Of a stretch of DNA of 64,000 nucleotides, positions 37,101-52,100 are shown piece by piece. A model generated the notes under the pieces. It ran no database searches. It worked only from the letters and a program-made list of their open reading frames with translations, and was not told where the DNA came from. Each line of letters opens with the position of its first letter. The first letter of the stretch is position 1. Origin of the DNA: Raillietiella orientalis (Eukaryota); assembly GCA_036172245.1 (NCBI GenBank), contig JAYWIR010000030.1:62001-126000 (forward strand). The letters are read 5' to 3'. The position numbers were made by a program, and so were the translations under genes.

Positions 37101-40100
37101 ACAGAAGGAAAAACGTCCAGCATCCCGGGAAGGATGTGGGTTTCAGTGGACCACCAGCGTGGAGGTTGCTGCACGCGGGCTGACGCTGGCGGTCTCCCCA
37201 TCCCATCACTCCCTTCCGATGACCTTCACTCGGAAACACCGACTTCTCGGTCAGCGAACTGGAAGCGAGGGAGAGGAGGGATCGCTCTCTCGCCCATTGC
37301 AATTCCCCCGCCGAGCCGTCCCCTTGCGCGGAGGACCCACGTTGACAGAGTGGGTCGTCAAAGAGCGCCTACGGGTGGAAGTGGGGGCGAGGTTTTCCCC
37401 TCGGGAATCGCTGTTGCGATCGAGACCGCGTGCTCTTCGGACGGCAAGGGATGGAGGGTGAACTCGGGCGGCGGGCGCTCCCTGCCTCCCCGGCCCGGAC
37501 AGGGCACCGCCACCGTGCCAGCGTCTCGGTGCGGCCCCAGGTCTGCAAGAGGGACTGCGCGATCGGGTCGAGGCTCCGGGGAGAGCTGCAGGACGCGCCT
37601 CCACGGCTTGCGACGGCCAGGAGACAGTCGAAGGGAACCCGCAAAGCCATGGAAACGATTCGTTTGCCAAAAAGAAAGGAAGGGGTGAGAGGAGGGAGGT
37701 GAGGAGAGAAGAAAAGAGAGAAATTTCTTGCTCGCAAAAACTGCGTGTGACCTTTGTTGACCCGGCGAGGAGTCGGCGCCCACCGCGCGCCGGGGGCGCG
37801 CGAAGGTGCGGCGGCGGAGAGAGGGAGGCGGCCGGCTCTCGGCAGGGGTCAGGATCTCTCGATGGGGGGAGAGGCTGCACAGATCGACCTCGGAGATGAT
37901 TGCGTGCGGCGGATCCGGGTGATCTCTCCGGGCGGGGGTGGGGCGGACCGAAAGGGAGGAGGAGAGGAATCTGCGGATAACCGGGGCGAAGGGAAGGAGA
38001 AGAAAGCCCCGGGATAATTGCGGGGCGATCGGCCTTGGTGTGGTCACCGGAGAGGTCGGCGAAAAGCGCCGCGCGCAGTGAGCGAGCGTCAACGGGAGTC
38101 ATCGATAAGCCCCCGCCGTTATGGGGCTGACAGCCGCGTCCCAATGCCGAGAGGGACGGCGAGGCATAAATCTGTGAGGGAGGCGCAGAGAACGAGCGGG
38201 ACGACAAGGGGAGACGAGAGTCCTGCCCGTGCCCTCCGCACCTCCTCCTCCTCCACCCTCCTCCTTTTCCCTTCTTTCCTTCTTCCTCTTCCCTTCTTCC
38301 TTCTCCTCCCTCCTTTTTCCTTCCTTCCATCCTCTTCCTCTTCCTTTCCTCCCTTCCACGACCAAAACTGGTGACGGTGCCCGGATCTCCACGGTGTTCC
38401 GCAGGACCGGCCCCAAGACCCCTTCTCTTCATTCCCTCCTCGATCGGGAGCTCCCCCCAGCAGCCGAGGCGAGTTCTTCCCGACTCCGTGTCCATAGGGC
38501 GGGATCTGAGGCGTCGGAACGGTCTTCTCGGGTGTCCGCAGTCCCTGGACGACTCGCGGTCGGGATTTGACCTCTTTCCGATTTCCCCTTGTTCTTGCAG
38601 GTGCTCGGAAGGATTCTTCGGGAACGCGTCCCTGCCCCACGTCGGATGCAGGCCCTGCAGCTGCGACGGAGGGCGGGGTCCTCTTGCCGGAAGCTGCGAT
38701 CCGCACAGTGGGGAGTGCTTAGGATGTCGCAACCACACCACCGGCGTCGGATGCTCACAGTGCGAACGGGGTTACTATGGAGACGCCGTGCGGAAGCAGT
38801 GCACGCGTAAGTCGGGGCCGTCGTGCGTCCGCTCCGGGGAGCGGCCCGCCGGTCGCCAAGCTCACTCGTCGCTGCAACCGGCAGGGTGCGACTGCAGCCT
38901 ACGGGGGTCCCTGGACGAGTTCTGCCACCCGCGGACGGGCCAATGCCACTGCAAGGAAAACTTCTCCGGACAGAGATGCGAGAGATGCAGCGTGAGTTTC
39001 CGGGGTTCCTTTCTTCTGGACCACTTCCTCGCCTCCTTCCTTCCTTCCTTCCATCCCCGCCCGGATCTGCTCCCCGGCGGTTTAATCCACCCCCACCCCC
39101 CTCCAACTCGTCCAGGATGCTCAGGGGAATTCCCTGCCACTCTTCCAGCCCCGGGAGCTTTTCCGGGGAAGAGGGAGGAGAGACGGAAAGGGCTGCCGCC
39201 GTGCTCCGCCTCCTTCTCACCCGCACCCTTGCCCAGGACGTCCAGCACGAGCTCCTCTTCCCGGAATGGCGAAATCCAGGGCTCCTCGCGTTCCTTCCCC
39301 ACGACCGATTTTTTACAGGCCGGGAGGAGGGGAAGAGAAAGAAGAAAGAGATGCTGTGGCGGGGGTTTCGTTTACTTCCTCCCCCCTCACCCACCGACCT
39401 GACCTCTGCTTCCGCGGCAGCAGCCGTGGCTGCACGAGCCGGCCCGTGAGGATCCCGCCCCTTTCTCCAGGGTTCTCGTTAGCCGGGAATCCTATTGGCG
39501 GGACGCAGACGTGGGGTTTCAGGGGCTCCTGAGAGAGGGGCAGAGGGAGAGACGCTTGGCTGGAGCATTCTTCCGGGAGAGCAAGCGAGAGCGATTCCCT
39601 GCGGGAAGTTGCAGAGCCCCTTCTAAGTTTCGGAAGCGTCCCTTCGGGGTTCTCTTCAGAGGAGTGAACAGGAGCGGTTCCCTTGCGGGTTCCCTCCGGA
39701 AAAGAAATTCCTATCAGCGAATCCTCGAATCTCAGCTTGGGACGCTGCTCCTCCATATGAAGACCGGCAGGAACGGAGGAATCGGACCTTCTTCCTCCCT
39801 TCCCCCAGCATCTCCGAGACTCCTAGCCCACGGTCAATCGGAAATGGCAAAGGAGCGAGCTTCTGAGACGGAGGCTGTTTTCAAGGAAACCCCGGGATGC
39901 ATTCCTCCTCTGGATGGTGGTCCTGCCACCGCCCACAGCACCAGGGCGAGTCAGGAACAGGCGGAGCGCTCCGGGGTCGAGCTCAGATCTCCGCTCAGAT
40001 CTCAAGACTCCGCTTGCGAGGTGCTGGGGTTTCCTCTTCCGCCTCTGTTCGCGGGGAGCTCCGTAGGGTCGCGAAGGTTCGGCCTGGAGATTCGAGGACG

Positions 40101-43100
40101 CCACTGCGCAGACGTGACGAGTCTCTCCCGACTTGCAAAGGTTCTCCCTCATGGCACCTCCTGCGCGGGCGGCGGTCGCAGGTCTTCCGCTTTTATCGGG
40201 AGCTGCTCCGTCCCTCGGGCGCTGCTTTTCGCGCCGGAAGGCCGTTTCGGCCGTGCCACCGTGCGAGAGTGCCATCTATGCGAACGTGACGGAAGCACGC
40301 CCCCTTCGCTTCCAGCCGGCTTTCCCCAAAGTGGAGTCGGGGGAGAGGAGGAAGGAAAGTCGAAACCGGTGGCGACCAAGTACGCACCGAACGTGACCTG
40401 GGTGTCTTGTCGGCAGCTGTGCTTTCCTTTGCCTCAACCCGGACCATGGGAGAGTCACCCTGCCGTCATCCGCTCCTCCGACTTCTTCCTGATCCCTCAT
40501 GTAAGGGTCCCTTCGTCGGGTAGTCCAGCAGTGCGACGCGCAGGATGTCGACGGGTCCCTCTGCTCATGCCATCCGTCTCGGTGCACGCAAAGTGGACCC
40601 GTACTGGCGAGGGGAACGGCCTGACGTCGGCCATGATCGATCACGTGATCTCGCCTCTGCTGCTCGATTTACTGCGGAACTCTGTTCCCTCTCGAGGGAC
40701 GAGGCCAGGGAGGACGGAGGCGCGCACTGATTGCCTCTGCCTTCCCGGAACGCTTCCGTTTTCGTCTCTCCCGGTCGCCTAACCTTCTGGGAAGCCACAT
40801 CTCACGGAGCGGGAACGTCGCCTCGATTCCCGAAGGCGAGCCAACCCTCGCCGCGGATGCTCCCAGCGCGTGCGCGTGGGGCCTCATCCTCTTCCTGCCG
40901 ATGTTCTTTAAATAGACGAGGGAGGCGAGAGGGGTGCTCCGGCGAAGGCAAGGCTGAGTGCCTCCCCCTTCCGACTTTCGAGATTGGCGAGGGTCACTCC
41001 CTCTCCTGCCAGCTTGAAGTTCGAGCCGCGTGAGCGGACTCGAGCTGGCCCGCCGCAGGGCCTTCTTTGGTCCGAGGGCTTTCCTCTTGCTGCCTCGGCG
41101 CGGAGTCCTCTTCTCGCCCTCCAGGAGGAACATCCTGAACCTGTTTGCCCCCGTGGGGGCAGGCGGACGACGAGTTCCTCTCTTGCCCCCTCCTCCCGAG
41201 GTGAGACCCGCACCGTTTCCCATCCTGCCGCGCCCTGACCCCGCCGCCTGGAGGGAAGTCCGCTTGGCCGTGGATGTGCGGCACGGGGGCGCGTCCTCCG
41301 ATGAGTCTCTCCCCGTCCGCTCCTTCTCTGGCGGACCTTCCCTCCGGGTGAGAGCCATGTGACCGGAGTACGTGGAGGGTTCCCTCCGACGATCTGGCGG
41401 CTGGAGGGAAGGCTCGGGAATTTTCCCTCCCCGGACGACGGCGAACTCCCGCTGTGCCCCTTCCCTCCCCCCGCCGCCCTCTCTTGGACCGGAAAGAAGA
41501 AAGGGAGTAAGGGGTGAGGGAGGGGTAGGAGCAGGAGAGAGGGGCCGCAATCCTCAAGGTACTCCCGGTCACGACCAAAGGGCGGCTCTCAGGCTAACTC
41601 TAAGACGGAAGGGCTTCCGGGAAGATGCTGGAGCGGCCCTCTACTCTCCGTATCAAGCTGATGAAAGTGCCTCAGGAGAACACGGAAGGAAGGACAGGAA
41701 GAGGGGAGGACGAGTTGACGGCGTTCCAGGAGAGTCTCTCGGGATCAGGGGAGGGTGGCTTCCGCCATCTTGGTTCGTGGAGCTAGCTATGGGTCAGCAG
41801 GAGGCACCCGGGGTCGCCACCAAAAAACTTCCCTGCCGGTGCTTGCGTCGACAACAGCAGTGCCGCCCTCCAGGAGACAGCCGACCTTCGGGTTGACTGC
41901 TCTCGAGAGGAGTTGCGCGCTTCCCTGGATACGGACGAAGAATTCGCGAGGGGGGGGGGGGGTACGCTTTTTCGGGTCGCTTTGACGACCACACAATCGC
42001 ACCCACGTGAAGCCAGGATAGGGGAAGTGAAAATTCGCCTTAGGCGTCCCCTTGGGAGTCTGCGGAACGGCGAACGCTGCGGACGTCGCCACAGTCGCGT
42101 TTTTGGAGAGGCGTGAAATTTTCGAGAGAGGCGCCCCGGGTGCTTCTGGGAAAGCTTCTCCTGAAGGGCGTGAACCCCTCCTTTCCCTCCCGACGAGTTC
42201 CTGCCGCATCCAGGGTCCGTCCCTGCTTCTCGCCCTGCGGGAAACTCCCGTTTCCCGAGCACCCGGCGATCCCTCGCACCGCAATGACGACGACGCCGGT
42301 GCGGAGTCGTTCCCGGGGCTGGCCGTCGATTCCTCGGGACCAGAAAGGGAAGGAAAAGCTCCCGGGTGGAGGAGGGGACTCCGGGGGATGACCAGCAGCC
42401 TCCTTGTCACGAGGTTCCTCCCCGGAACCGGTGGCTTCTTCGGAGGAGGGAGACGGTGTCTAGATGACCCTGACCACGTCCACCCACCCCGTCCTGAGGA
42501 GCAACAGAAAGGCGAGGACAGCTCCCATAGCGTCGTTGTCCTTTTCGCCTTCCTCAGGGAGTTCCGGAGACGGAGGGGTCAACCGCCGCCCTGGGTCGCT
42601 CCTTGAGCGGGAAGATCGCAGCGCCATTTCCTCCCTCTCCTGCACCCCCTCACGGGGGTGGATTGGGGCTTCCGGGAACCTTCCCGCTCGGAAGTCGCAT
42701 CTTCCGAGATCCGTCCTCCCCCTCCTTCTCTTTTCCCACTCCCGGCTTCCTCCGAAAGTCGGGAAGGCTCCGGGGGACGGAGGGAGGAACACCGCCACGA
42801 CGGAGGAGATGGGAAGGAGCCATCCGAGAGTCCCTCCGCTGACCCTCTACGGCGTTCGACGCCCCGTAAAAACCTCCGTGCTAACCCTCCTCGGAGGCGC
42901 GGATTGGTCGTGCGCCTTCCCGGGCAGGCCGCGCCTCCACCCTCCCACTCAGGGACGGAAGGCTCTACCTTAAGCCGCACGTGCCATCTCGAACGAGCCG
43001 TGCGGCCTACCTTCACGTCCCGATCCAGAGGAGGGGGGGGGGGGGGCTGCGCGGGAAGCGTCTGTTTCCAAGGGAGTCCTCCTCCTTCCGGTGTCCTTCT

Positions 43101-46100
43101 GGTGCTTTCTGTCTTCCTCTCTACCTTCTCCTTGGGTCGAGGATCCGCTGGGGAGAGGGTGAAACGCCACCTGGTCTGCCCTTCCCCCTGTTCTCTACTT
43201 CCCGTTTCCCAACTTCCCAAGTCTCTCTGGTGATCCTCGCGGGCGCGCCTCCGGCGCCTCACTCGTCGTCGTTGTTTCAGGACTCCATGGCTACCACACT
43301 GTCCCACTGCCGGCGCTGCTGGTGCGACGAGGTGGGTTCCCTGTCGGACCTGTGCGACGGGCGCACGGGCCAGTGCCTGTGCAGGAGCGGCGTCGCTGGG
43401 ACGCGCTGCGACGCCTGCCAGGGAGGCCACTACGGCTTTTCCCGATCGGGATGCAGGAGTGAGTAGAAGAAGTGGGGGAGCAGTAAAGGGAAAGGGAAGG
43501 GGGGCGTTCCTTAGAGACGAAACTTCCCTCCTTCCATCAGGGAAGAACGGGACGGGAGCGAGCGAGCGCGGATGGGGTCGCCGGGCGCCCTCGTTCGTTC
43601 GCTCCCGCTCGCGTCCTCGTCCCTTCCCTCCCCGAGCTCGCTATTTTCGGGAATGCGGGGGGAAGCGCGCGCTTCCGCTGCCTTCCTCCCCCCTTCCCTC
43701 CTCTCTTCCTCTCCGTGGCGCACGCGAGCAGCCGCTGCCTCGGGAGTTCTCCCCTCGTTGATCCCACCCCACCCGGGATGGGGGCGGGAAGAGATCCCCT
43801 CATCCCCTTTCCGGAAGAGACCCCGACCTGTCCCCTTGTCCCGGAGTGAGGTGCTCCTGCGCCCCTCCGTAAGGTCCTTCCTCCCGGTTTCCACGTCGAC
43901 GGCAGTGTCGCCTCTTGCTCGTCGCAGCGCGGGTGGGTCGAGAGCAGGGCAGTGGGGGAGAGGAGAAAGAGGGGCACCCGTCCGTCCGTCCATCCCTCCC
44001 TCCCTCGCTGCTCAGCGGCGGCGCGACCGTTGCCATGGAGAGGCTGCTGCTCCGCCCGAACGGCGGCGCTCTCCCAGGGGGAGAGACGCGCGCCAGTCTC
44101 GCGCACGCCCGGCGCGGAGATGCCGCGCGCGGCGACGGCGGCCCTCGCGGTTTCGCTCTGCTGTGCCCTGCGCGCCCCCCCGGAGGGGGACGTCGATGGA
44201 GGCGCGTTGGCAGTGACCCGGGGAGAGGCCCTTCCTCCTCGAGTTCCCGGTGCCAGTCTGCTGCTTATTCTGCTCCAGCACCGCCACTTCCCGGGATGGA
44301 ACGCGCCGCGCCACCGGTGGAGGGCGAGGAGCGACGGTGAGTTGCAGGGTGGGGCGGCGGCCTCTCCCCGGCTCCGTCCGGGAGAAGGGTGGGGAGGAAG
44401 GACCCCCCATCTGCCCACCCGTCGGGGAGGCGGACGGGAAGCGCAGGATGAAGGCGGCACAGGCGGGGCGCTCGAGGGTATGGGGCGGCCAGTCACGCAC
44501 CCACCCCTCCGTGAGTCGTCTTCCCCTCCCGCGTCCATTCCGGAGGGCGAAAAACGAGGGAGGAGGTCGGCCCGGTCTTTCTCTCCCTCCTCGTAACCCG
44601 GGTCTCTGGGGAAAGCGGCAAGGGATGCCTCAGGGACGCTTCCGGAGGGCGCGCTCGAGCGATCCTCTCTGACCCCTTCCTTCTCGCGCTCGCCCCGGCC
44701 CGTCAGGAGGCACGGCGAGGGGGAAAGAAGGGGAGGCGGAAACGCATACGCCTCCACCTCCTCCCCTGTGGCACCCGCGCGACCGCCGCGCCGTCCGACT
44801 TCCTCTTCCGCTGTTTGCCCTGAGGCAGGAAAAGGGAGCCGCCGCCTATCCTGTCCGGAGGGAAGGAGAAATGTCAGCCGGCGTGCCAGCAGCAGCCTCC
44901 GAAGAGGAGCGTCGCTTGTGCAGTCCGCTGTTCGTGGGTAGCAGAGCCAGAGAGGGCCATCCAAGAGCACCCTCCGGAAGCGTCCTGGAGACTTCCCTTC
45001 CAGGTTTCCCCGGAGACCCGGGTTGCGAGTAGGGAGAGACCAGACTGATCTCCGGAGCTCTCTCCCCTCCCTGCCCGCGGCCCAGTTCCAAGAGAGAGAC
45101 CTCTGGTGACCCCCGATAGGAGGGAGCTGACCAGTTCTCTCCCTTCCCTACAGTCGCCGACCCCCCAGGGAGGTGCGGGAGACCTGGGCTTCCGACGGCG
45201 GCCTTCCTCACCCTTGCCTCCTCTCCCACCCTAGAGAGAGGGTAGGCTCCCGGAACCACTGAGCAGGATCGGATCTGGTCGCAGGGAGGGGTAGGAGGGG
45301 ATTGGGGGTCGAGTTTCCCCTGTTTTCTAAAGGGGAGGAGGAGGAGAAGGAAGTGAAGGCACCGAGACTGGGGAGGAGGAAGGCGATCACGGGATACTGG
45401 GTGTAGCAATGGGACAGGGGCGCCACGGCTTCCGTCCCTAGGAAGGTCTCCCAGCTCCGTTCTCGGATGCGCGGGAATCGGCCTTGCGAGCGGGCTGGCG
45501 TCCTCACCCTTCTCCTGCGGGACACCCTCGCCCGACTCCTTGAGATGGGCTGCCGCGGAGACGGAAGCCTAGTAGCAGCCCTGGCCGTTCACTTCAACGG
45601 ATAGGACGGGGTCCGTGCGAATGAAGCCCCGCCCCTTCGCCCTTCTCTTCCGAGGGAGCGTAATTCATGCGCCTCACCCCACCTCCTCTCCTCTCTCTCC
45701 TACGGGGACCATCCTTAGGCAGCCATCTGCATTTCCCCGTACCCGAGGGAGGGAGAGGACGGGGGGGGGGGGCAGCACTCTCGACTCTGCCCGGGAAAAG
45801 TCGCTGCCAGAGGCTCTCCCGGCTCTGTGTGAGTCGGCCGCCCGGGCTCCCCCAGCAGTGTGCCGTCCCAGACGCGCGACGGAAGCCCCCCCCTCGGGTG
45901 GTGTCGACGACGGGGGTGCCACCAGCTGAGGACCGTTGGTGCTCCTCACTAGAGCTCACTCGAGACTTCGTCCCCAATTCCTGTGGGTCCTTCTCAAACC
46001 CAGAGTCGGCGAAGGATGTTCCCGGTTTCCCCACTGCGGGGGTGGGGACAGAGTGGGGGCAGGGGGCGTCGGCTGAGCGCTGCCGTGGGTCCCGTCGCGA

Positions 46101-49100
46101 AGCAGCGCTCCCTTTGGTGGTGGCGTAAGCCGGGATCGGGGGAGGGAGGTGCAGAGGAGAAAGGCAGGTACCGAACCAGCTCTAAGCCGTGACCCTCCGA
46201 CACTCCTGCCGTCTCCAGGGGCAACGCTCCACCTCCACCACCCGCGTGACGAGAAGGGTGGAGGCGACGGAGGCTCCGCGCCCCCACGGGTCGTCGGCAC
46301 CGTCGGAGACTCTCAGACGGCGCATCTCCGCCTCTCGGCCCATCTGCGACCCACAACTCCCTCACTCCGCCCTCCCCTCGACTTGACTTTTCCCCCTTGG
46401 CGCCAGCTTCCCGGCGCCGGCTAACGAGCGGCGGAGGGGTCAGCGTGACCTCCCGCTTTCCGGAGGGGATCACGCGTCCAGCGCTCATCTTCATCTCGCA
46501 ACGTCATCTCCCTTCCACTTCTCCCTTTTTCCTCCTCCTCTTCCTCCTTTCCTCTTCCCCTTTTCCTCCTGCTGTCTTCCTCCTAGTCCTTCTCGTCCCC
46601 ACTCCAGCTACCTAAGGCGCCGCCATTTTCAAGCCGAAAGCGATGTTGCCGCTCCTACCGCAGCAGCCCTATTCTCGACACAGGGGTCCCTCCTCCCTTG
46701 CCCCATTCTCCTACCTCCCCACGATCCCACCCTTCCCTGCGCTCCGCCTGGATATGGTCGAACCTGCGCGGGAGCGACCCGCGACCCGCCTGTCCCATTC
46801 TCCTCCCTTCCCGCGATCCGCCGGACCTTTCCACCTGAATTCCCAGGGCTGCGTGGCGCTCCAGACGGAGAGCCGTGGCATGCTCTGAGTCCGGAAAAGC
46901 TCCCGGGTCTCCGGGAAAGGGCGGGTCTCTCGGAGAATCAGGACGACAGGAAGGAGGTGGCTCTCTAGCCAAGGATCCCTCGGCCCTTCCGGCACCCTGG
47001 CAGGGTCGATGAGGGACGAAATCCACGCGAGGACTTTCGAGGACCGCCCCCGGGAAAGACGCGGGCCTAGCTAGAGCACTGTACCCCGCCCCCAAGGATG
47101 AAGCCGTCTCCTCCCTCTCACGGATTGACCCATCTTCCCTAGCGCGCGCACTCGAGTACCGGGTTCCCCGTCGCTTTCTCTCCATTCCCTCCCACTGCTG
47201 TCCGTGCGAGGCTTCTGGACAGTGCATTCGAGGCGGGAGAGGCAGGAAGGGTGTCCGCTCGCCGAGTCCCGACTCTCCGGGAAGGCAAGAGACCGCCTCC
47301 CGCTTCTCTCGCAGCTTCCTTTTTCTCTCTCCTCCCCCACCCCACCTCCCTCTTTCTTGCACGCTCCGCGGTCATGTGATCGAGCGACCCGGAGCTTCCG
47401 GTTCCCTTAGCCACCTTTCCGGATCGCTTTCCGGCCTCTCTGCTCCCGCATGTCGATGTCCTCTGGTGTGCCGGTCGTATCTACGGGAACGCCTATTTGC
47501 TAGGAGGAGGAGGAGATTTACTTGAGACGGAAGGAGGGATCGCGCGGAGGACTGTTGGCACCGCCCTCGCACGGCCGGCGAGGCATCCGTCTGGTCGGGG
47601 CGCGCCTCTCGAGAGCTGTCCCACCCGGGAATGAGCTCTTCTCCGCCCGTGGTGTCCGAAGAAACGGAGATCGTCTCCGCTTCCCGGAGATGGTCCCGCT
47701 CCCCACGGAAAGCGATAGCTCGCCTTCGAGGATGGATCGATCCCTCCCCTGTGCAAACTCCCGCCGGATCCGCAATCTTTCGATGTTTTTTCTTTCTTTT
47801 TTCCTTTTTTCGTTGTTGTTGCTCCTCTCGTGCGTAGGGGACGCGCGCTCGAGCAGGGCTGTCAGTACTCGCGGGGAGCGAGCATCGGCGCAGTCGTCTT
47901 CCCGCCGCGCGCATGTTCCCGTCTCCGGAGAACGCACGAAAGCGGAAGTGAAAGAAACTGGGGGGGGATGGGGGAGAGGGACGGCAAAGAATGACTCTGG
48001 GATGCCCCACCGGCAGGTCGCATTTCGCGTCACCTGGTCCGCCCCCGGGGTCCATTCCGTCTCTCACAGGCTCTCATTGTTGCCTCCATGATCGAGCGAC
48101 CTCCCACCCCTCTCTCCTCCTGCTGAAAGACTCTGCGCCTCTTCGTTTCATGTCGTCCCCGAGTGTTGGCGGCGGGACGCTATGGAGCTCCTTGCGTGGG
48201 AAGCTGAAACGCTGGAACGATGTTCTGCAAGGCTGCGTCGGTCCTGCAGCGCAGGAGGGCAACCCCCCTTTGGATGGGCTGCTCGAGATGCGACGCGAGA
48301 GCATCCTATCTCGGGGACTCCCGCCTTCCGAAGCTCTTCCTGCGAGGCACGGAAGCTGTTTGCCATGACTACGGCGCCCGGCGCCCCTCGACGCGCGCGT
48401 GGGAGGGGTGGGGTGTGGATGGAAGAAGAACATGCAGAGCTGGGCGTGACTCTGGAGGCGGGAGGCGACCCCATCCGGGTCGCGCGCATCGCCCACGTGA
48501 AGGGCAGAGCAGATTCCATGGAAACGCCCCTCTGCGACGGGGATCGCGCGCGTCCGCCGCGGACGCATCACAGAATCCCCGTCCTTCCCCATGCGCCGGA
48601 GCTTTCCTTTCCCCCTCCCCCCACCACACATACACACATATATGAGCCCATGTGCCCTTTGCTGCGGTCGACCCAGCTCTCAGGGACGCACCGCCGAACC
48701 AGCGCATCTCCTCTTGGAACGTTCGCCAGAAAGCGCCGACCTCTGACCTCTCCATTGTTCCCAGAATGCGGCTGCAGCCCGGTTGGAGCCCACGGCAACG
48801 ACTGCAACTCCAGCAGCGGCCAGTGTAAGTGCCTGCCGCACGTCATCGGCCTCACCTGCGACCGATGTCAGGTAAAAGAAGGGAGGGGGCCTTTGTTCCC
48901 GGCTCCCGAAACGGCCGCCGCTAGTCCGGGTTCTGGAACATGACGCCCGCCGTTGGCTGCCGGGTGTGCGACTGCAACCCTAGAGGATGCCTGGACGAGA
49001 CGTGCGACCTTTTCACCGGTCAGTGCAAGTGCAAGCCAGGAGTAGGAGGCCGGATGTGCGGGGAGTGCCTGCCAGGATTCTACAGGTTCACCCCAGAAGG

Positions 49101-52100
49101 ATGCACAGGTTGCTGTCCACTCGGACATTCGCGGGAGAGAGTTTCCTCCCACCCGTCCCTACCTTTTTTTTCCCCTCCTCCCTTTTCGGTGACCTCAGCA
49201 TGCGAGCCTTGCCATCTGCCCGGTCACGTCTGCGATCCTCACACGGGGAGATGCGTCTGCCCTACCTTGACGGAAGGATATGTCTGTGAGAGGTGCAAGC
49301 AGAACGCCTACGGCTACCACCCCACATCCGGTTGCAAGGTAACTCTGGAATTTTAACCTCCCTCCCCTCTCGCGCGCTTGTCTGTCGGTGGCTTGCGGCT
49401 TCGTCGGCCACCGTGTTCTTGATCGTGCGCATTCCGGAGCGAATTCCCCCCTCGCGCGCTTCCATGGGAACCGAGCTCGGACGCGAGAGTCCCATCTGGG
49501 GCCATCTCAAAACTTCGGCCAAGAGATGAACCCTCGAGGTGGCCATTCGAACCCTCCCGAAAAAGAAAAAGGAGCCGCAAACCGGGAAATTAAACGCTCT
49601 TTTCTGGGTAGATGGGCGCTGGAGGCAAGAAGAACAAGAGAGATGCCTTGTTATGTCCCGCCTTCAGAGCCGGAGCGTGGAGAACTCCGAAAGAACCTCT
49701 TTCTTGTTCCCTCCGGAGAGACCACCGGAGGGGACTTCTCATCATCTCTTCTCCAGAGGGAACCCACAAGGGAGTCGCCCCATGTCTGAGCTCCTCTAAA
49801 GAGAACCCCGAAGGGACGTTTCCCAATTTCTCTGAAGGGTTATTCCCCGAAGGGAGCATCTGTAACACTGGAGAGGCAACCCCTCGAGTGGGGAATCGAC
49901 CTGCCCCATGGAAAGGGATGAATCGACCTGACGGTTCTGTTGGCAAAACCGGAGGGCTCCTTGATTCCTGGAAGGGACCACAGATGGTCAGCTTTCAATC
50001 CCGGTGGTTCCCCAGTGCCGCACCCGAATGGGCCAACCAGAGTTCATCTTGCGGGGGAACACGAAACTCACGACGCATTCCCCATCTTCGGCGTTCATTC
50101 TTCCCTCATTGGGATTCGAACCCGCACCGCTTGGCACCACGAGCGGAAACTGCAGTCACGCATCCGCCAACGCGGGGACCTTGGAGGGATTCCAAGCCAG
50201 GAGTTCCTCTTCCTCTTTCCCACCGTCGCTCACAGGGGGAAATCGGCGGGCAAGAGGATCGCCTCCGTGGACCACGTGTTTTCAGCGCCGCGCAGAGGAC
50301 GGTTGAAGGACGGACGGAGGAGGAGGCAGATTGTCGTCGCAAGAGGGTGGTTTGTTCGGAATGCCGGACGGGCCTCCCGCACTTGGACGGCAGGGAAAAC
50401 GCGAAGACATGTGCGCTCGGGACGCGATGATGGCGAGGGAGGCCAGACACTGAACTCAAGTGGACTGTGTCTGCGTTTCCCACCCAGCACGGGGGGAGGG
50501 AGGAGAAGGGACGAGGAATTCTCCAGGAGGACATTAGAGACTCGTGGCACGCTCTCACGAACAACAGGAGAGCGGTCTCGAGGAGGAACGGAGCATCGTC
50601 ATTGCCTGGAGACGACGAACCACCTCTCGTGCTCCGCTGGACGTCACCTGCTACCTACCCTGCACCAGACCTCTCTCCCCTTGGAAAGTCGGCCGGAAGA
50701 GGACCGCGCAGTGGACCAGCTGAGCCCCGCGAGGCGAGGCGGGAGACGCCAGCCCACTTTAAACTCAAGAGGGACCCAAGATCAGGGTCGAACCTGTCTG
50801 GAGGCACCTCTGTCTTCAGTAAAGCAGTCACATCCTGTAAGGAATCGCATTCGCAAACACTTTCGTGCAAAGACCCTGCCGTTGCCAGGGGAATGGAAAA
50901 ACCCGGGGCTTGGCGCGAGCCCAGTGATAGCTTCTGCCCCAGTCATAGTTGGCCAGAAGAACAGGTCTCTTCCTCAACTCGTCTGCTCTCTTCTGAGGTC
51001 ACCACCTCTGAGACGTCAGTTCCTTCAGGTTGCTTTCGTGAAGCAAGACTCGGGTAGTTTCCAACTGTTGCTCTGGATTTTTCCTTCTTTCGGCCCGCCG
51101 CTGGAACCTCATCCAGGGACCGATATCTTTCGAAAGGCTAAACGGAATGAGGCACCGCCTTGTTATCCGCTGACCCGTCTGGGCTCGCTGATCTTACCTT
51201 CCTCGCTCTCCTCCTCAGAACAGCGCTCATCTCTTTTCCCGCGTCCTCAGAATTCCCGCCCGACCCTTACCGCGGGGCTGCAGCAGTTCCGGTTGTGGCG
51301 GACCGAAGAGCTGCTGCCTCAGAACGAGTCCGGGGACGAAAGGGGAGTGTGATCGTGCCACACGGAGGCCGGTAGAGTGGAGCCGAGTCGTCGAAATGAG
51401 GTCTCGACGGTCGCCTTCGGCGCACTGGGCGAATCTGCGCCGCTACCTCGGTCGGGGAACCAGGGATTTCGCGCGCGCTCAAGCACCCTTCCTCCCTCCC
51501 CAAACACAGGTAAACGGGGAAGCCTCACTTCTGACCCGATGTGCTTTCTGCCTAGCCTTGCTCCTGCCACCCAGAAGGCTCCTCCCACAGTCACTGCGAC
51601 CCCATCTCTGGTAAATGTGCTTGTCGAGAAGGTTACGAAGGAGCTAAATGTGACCGATGCCAGTTCGGGTACTTCAGCTTCCCGCACTGCAGGAAGTGTG
51701 ACTGTCACGTGGAGGGAACGCTTTCCATATACTGCAACCTGCACGGTTTGTGCCAGTGCTCCGAAGACGGACAGTGTCCATGCAAGGTACTGATTTGTTT
51801 CGATGGTTCCAGGCGCCGCTGTTCGTCTCGTCTGGAGAGTTTTTCCTTTCGGGAAGACGGTGGATGGGGACGGGGGGAGGCTGGGAAGATGTCTCTTCGG
51901 TGACGCTGAGGGTCATATCCGGAAGCCTCTTCTGCCTCCAGGCTCTTCGGGGTCCAGCTGACCACCAGGGAATTTTCTTCTCTGCAGCCTCGTCTCCCTC
52001 CCTCACGCTTCGAATTTCCGTCACGTGAAAGAAAATTCCTTGACTGTTTCCGATGTCCCCTCCCGAGAGGTGGCGTTACGCAAGAGGCATTCTTGCGTTC

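Noticed and set aside
35976..51352. Long ORFs of 400-500 aa (e.g. 36055..37461, 37251..38741, 43537..44970, 49940..51352)
   Set aside because: Arg/Pro/Gly/Ser-rich, overlapping on both strands, inside laminin introns; expected from high GC and without coherent domains beyond eroded TE motifs.
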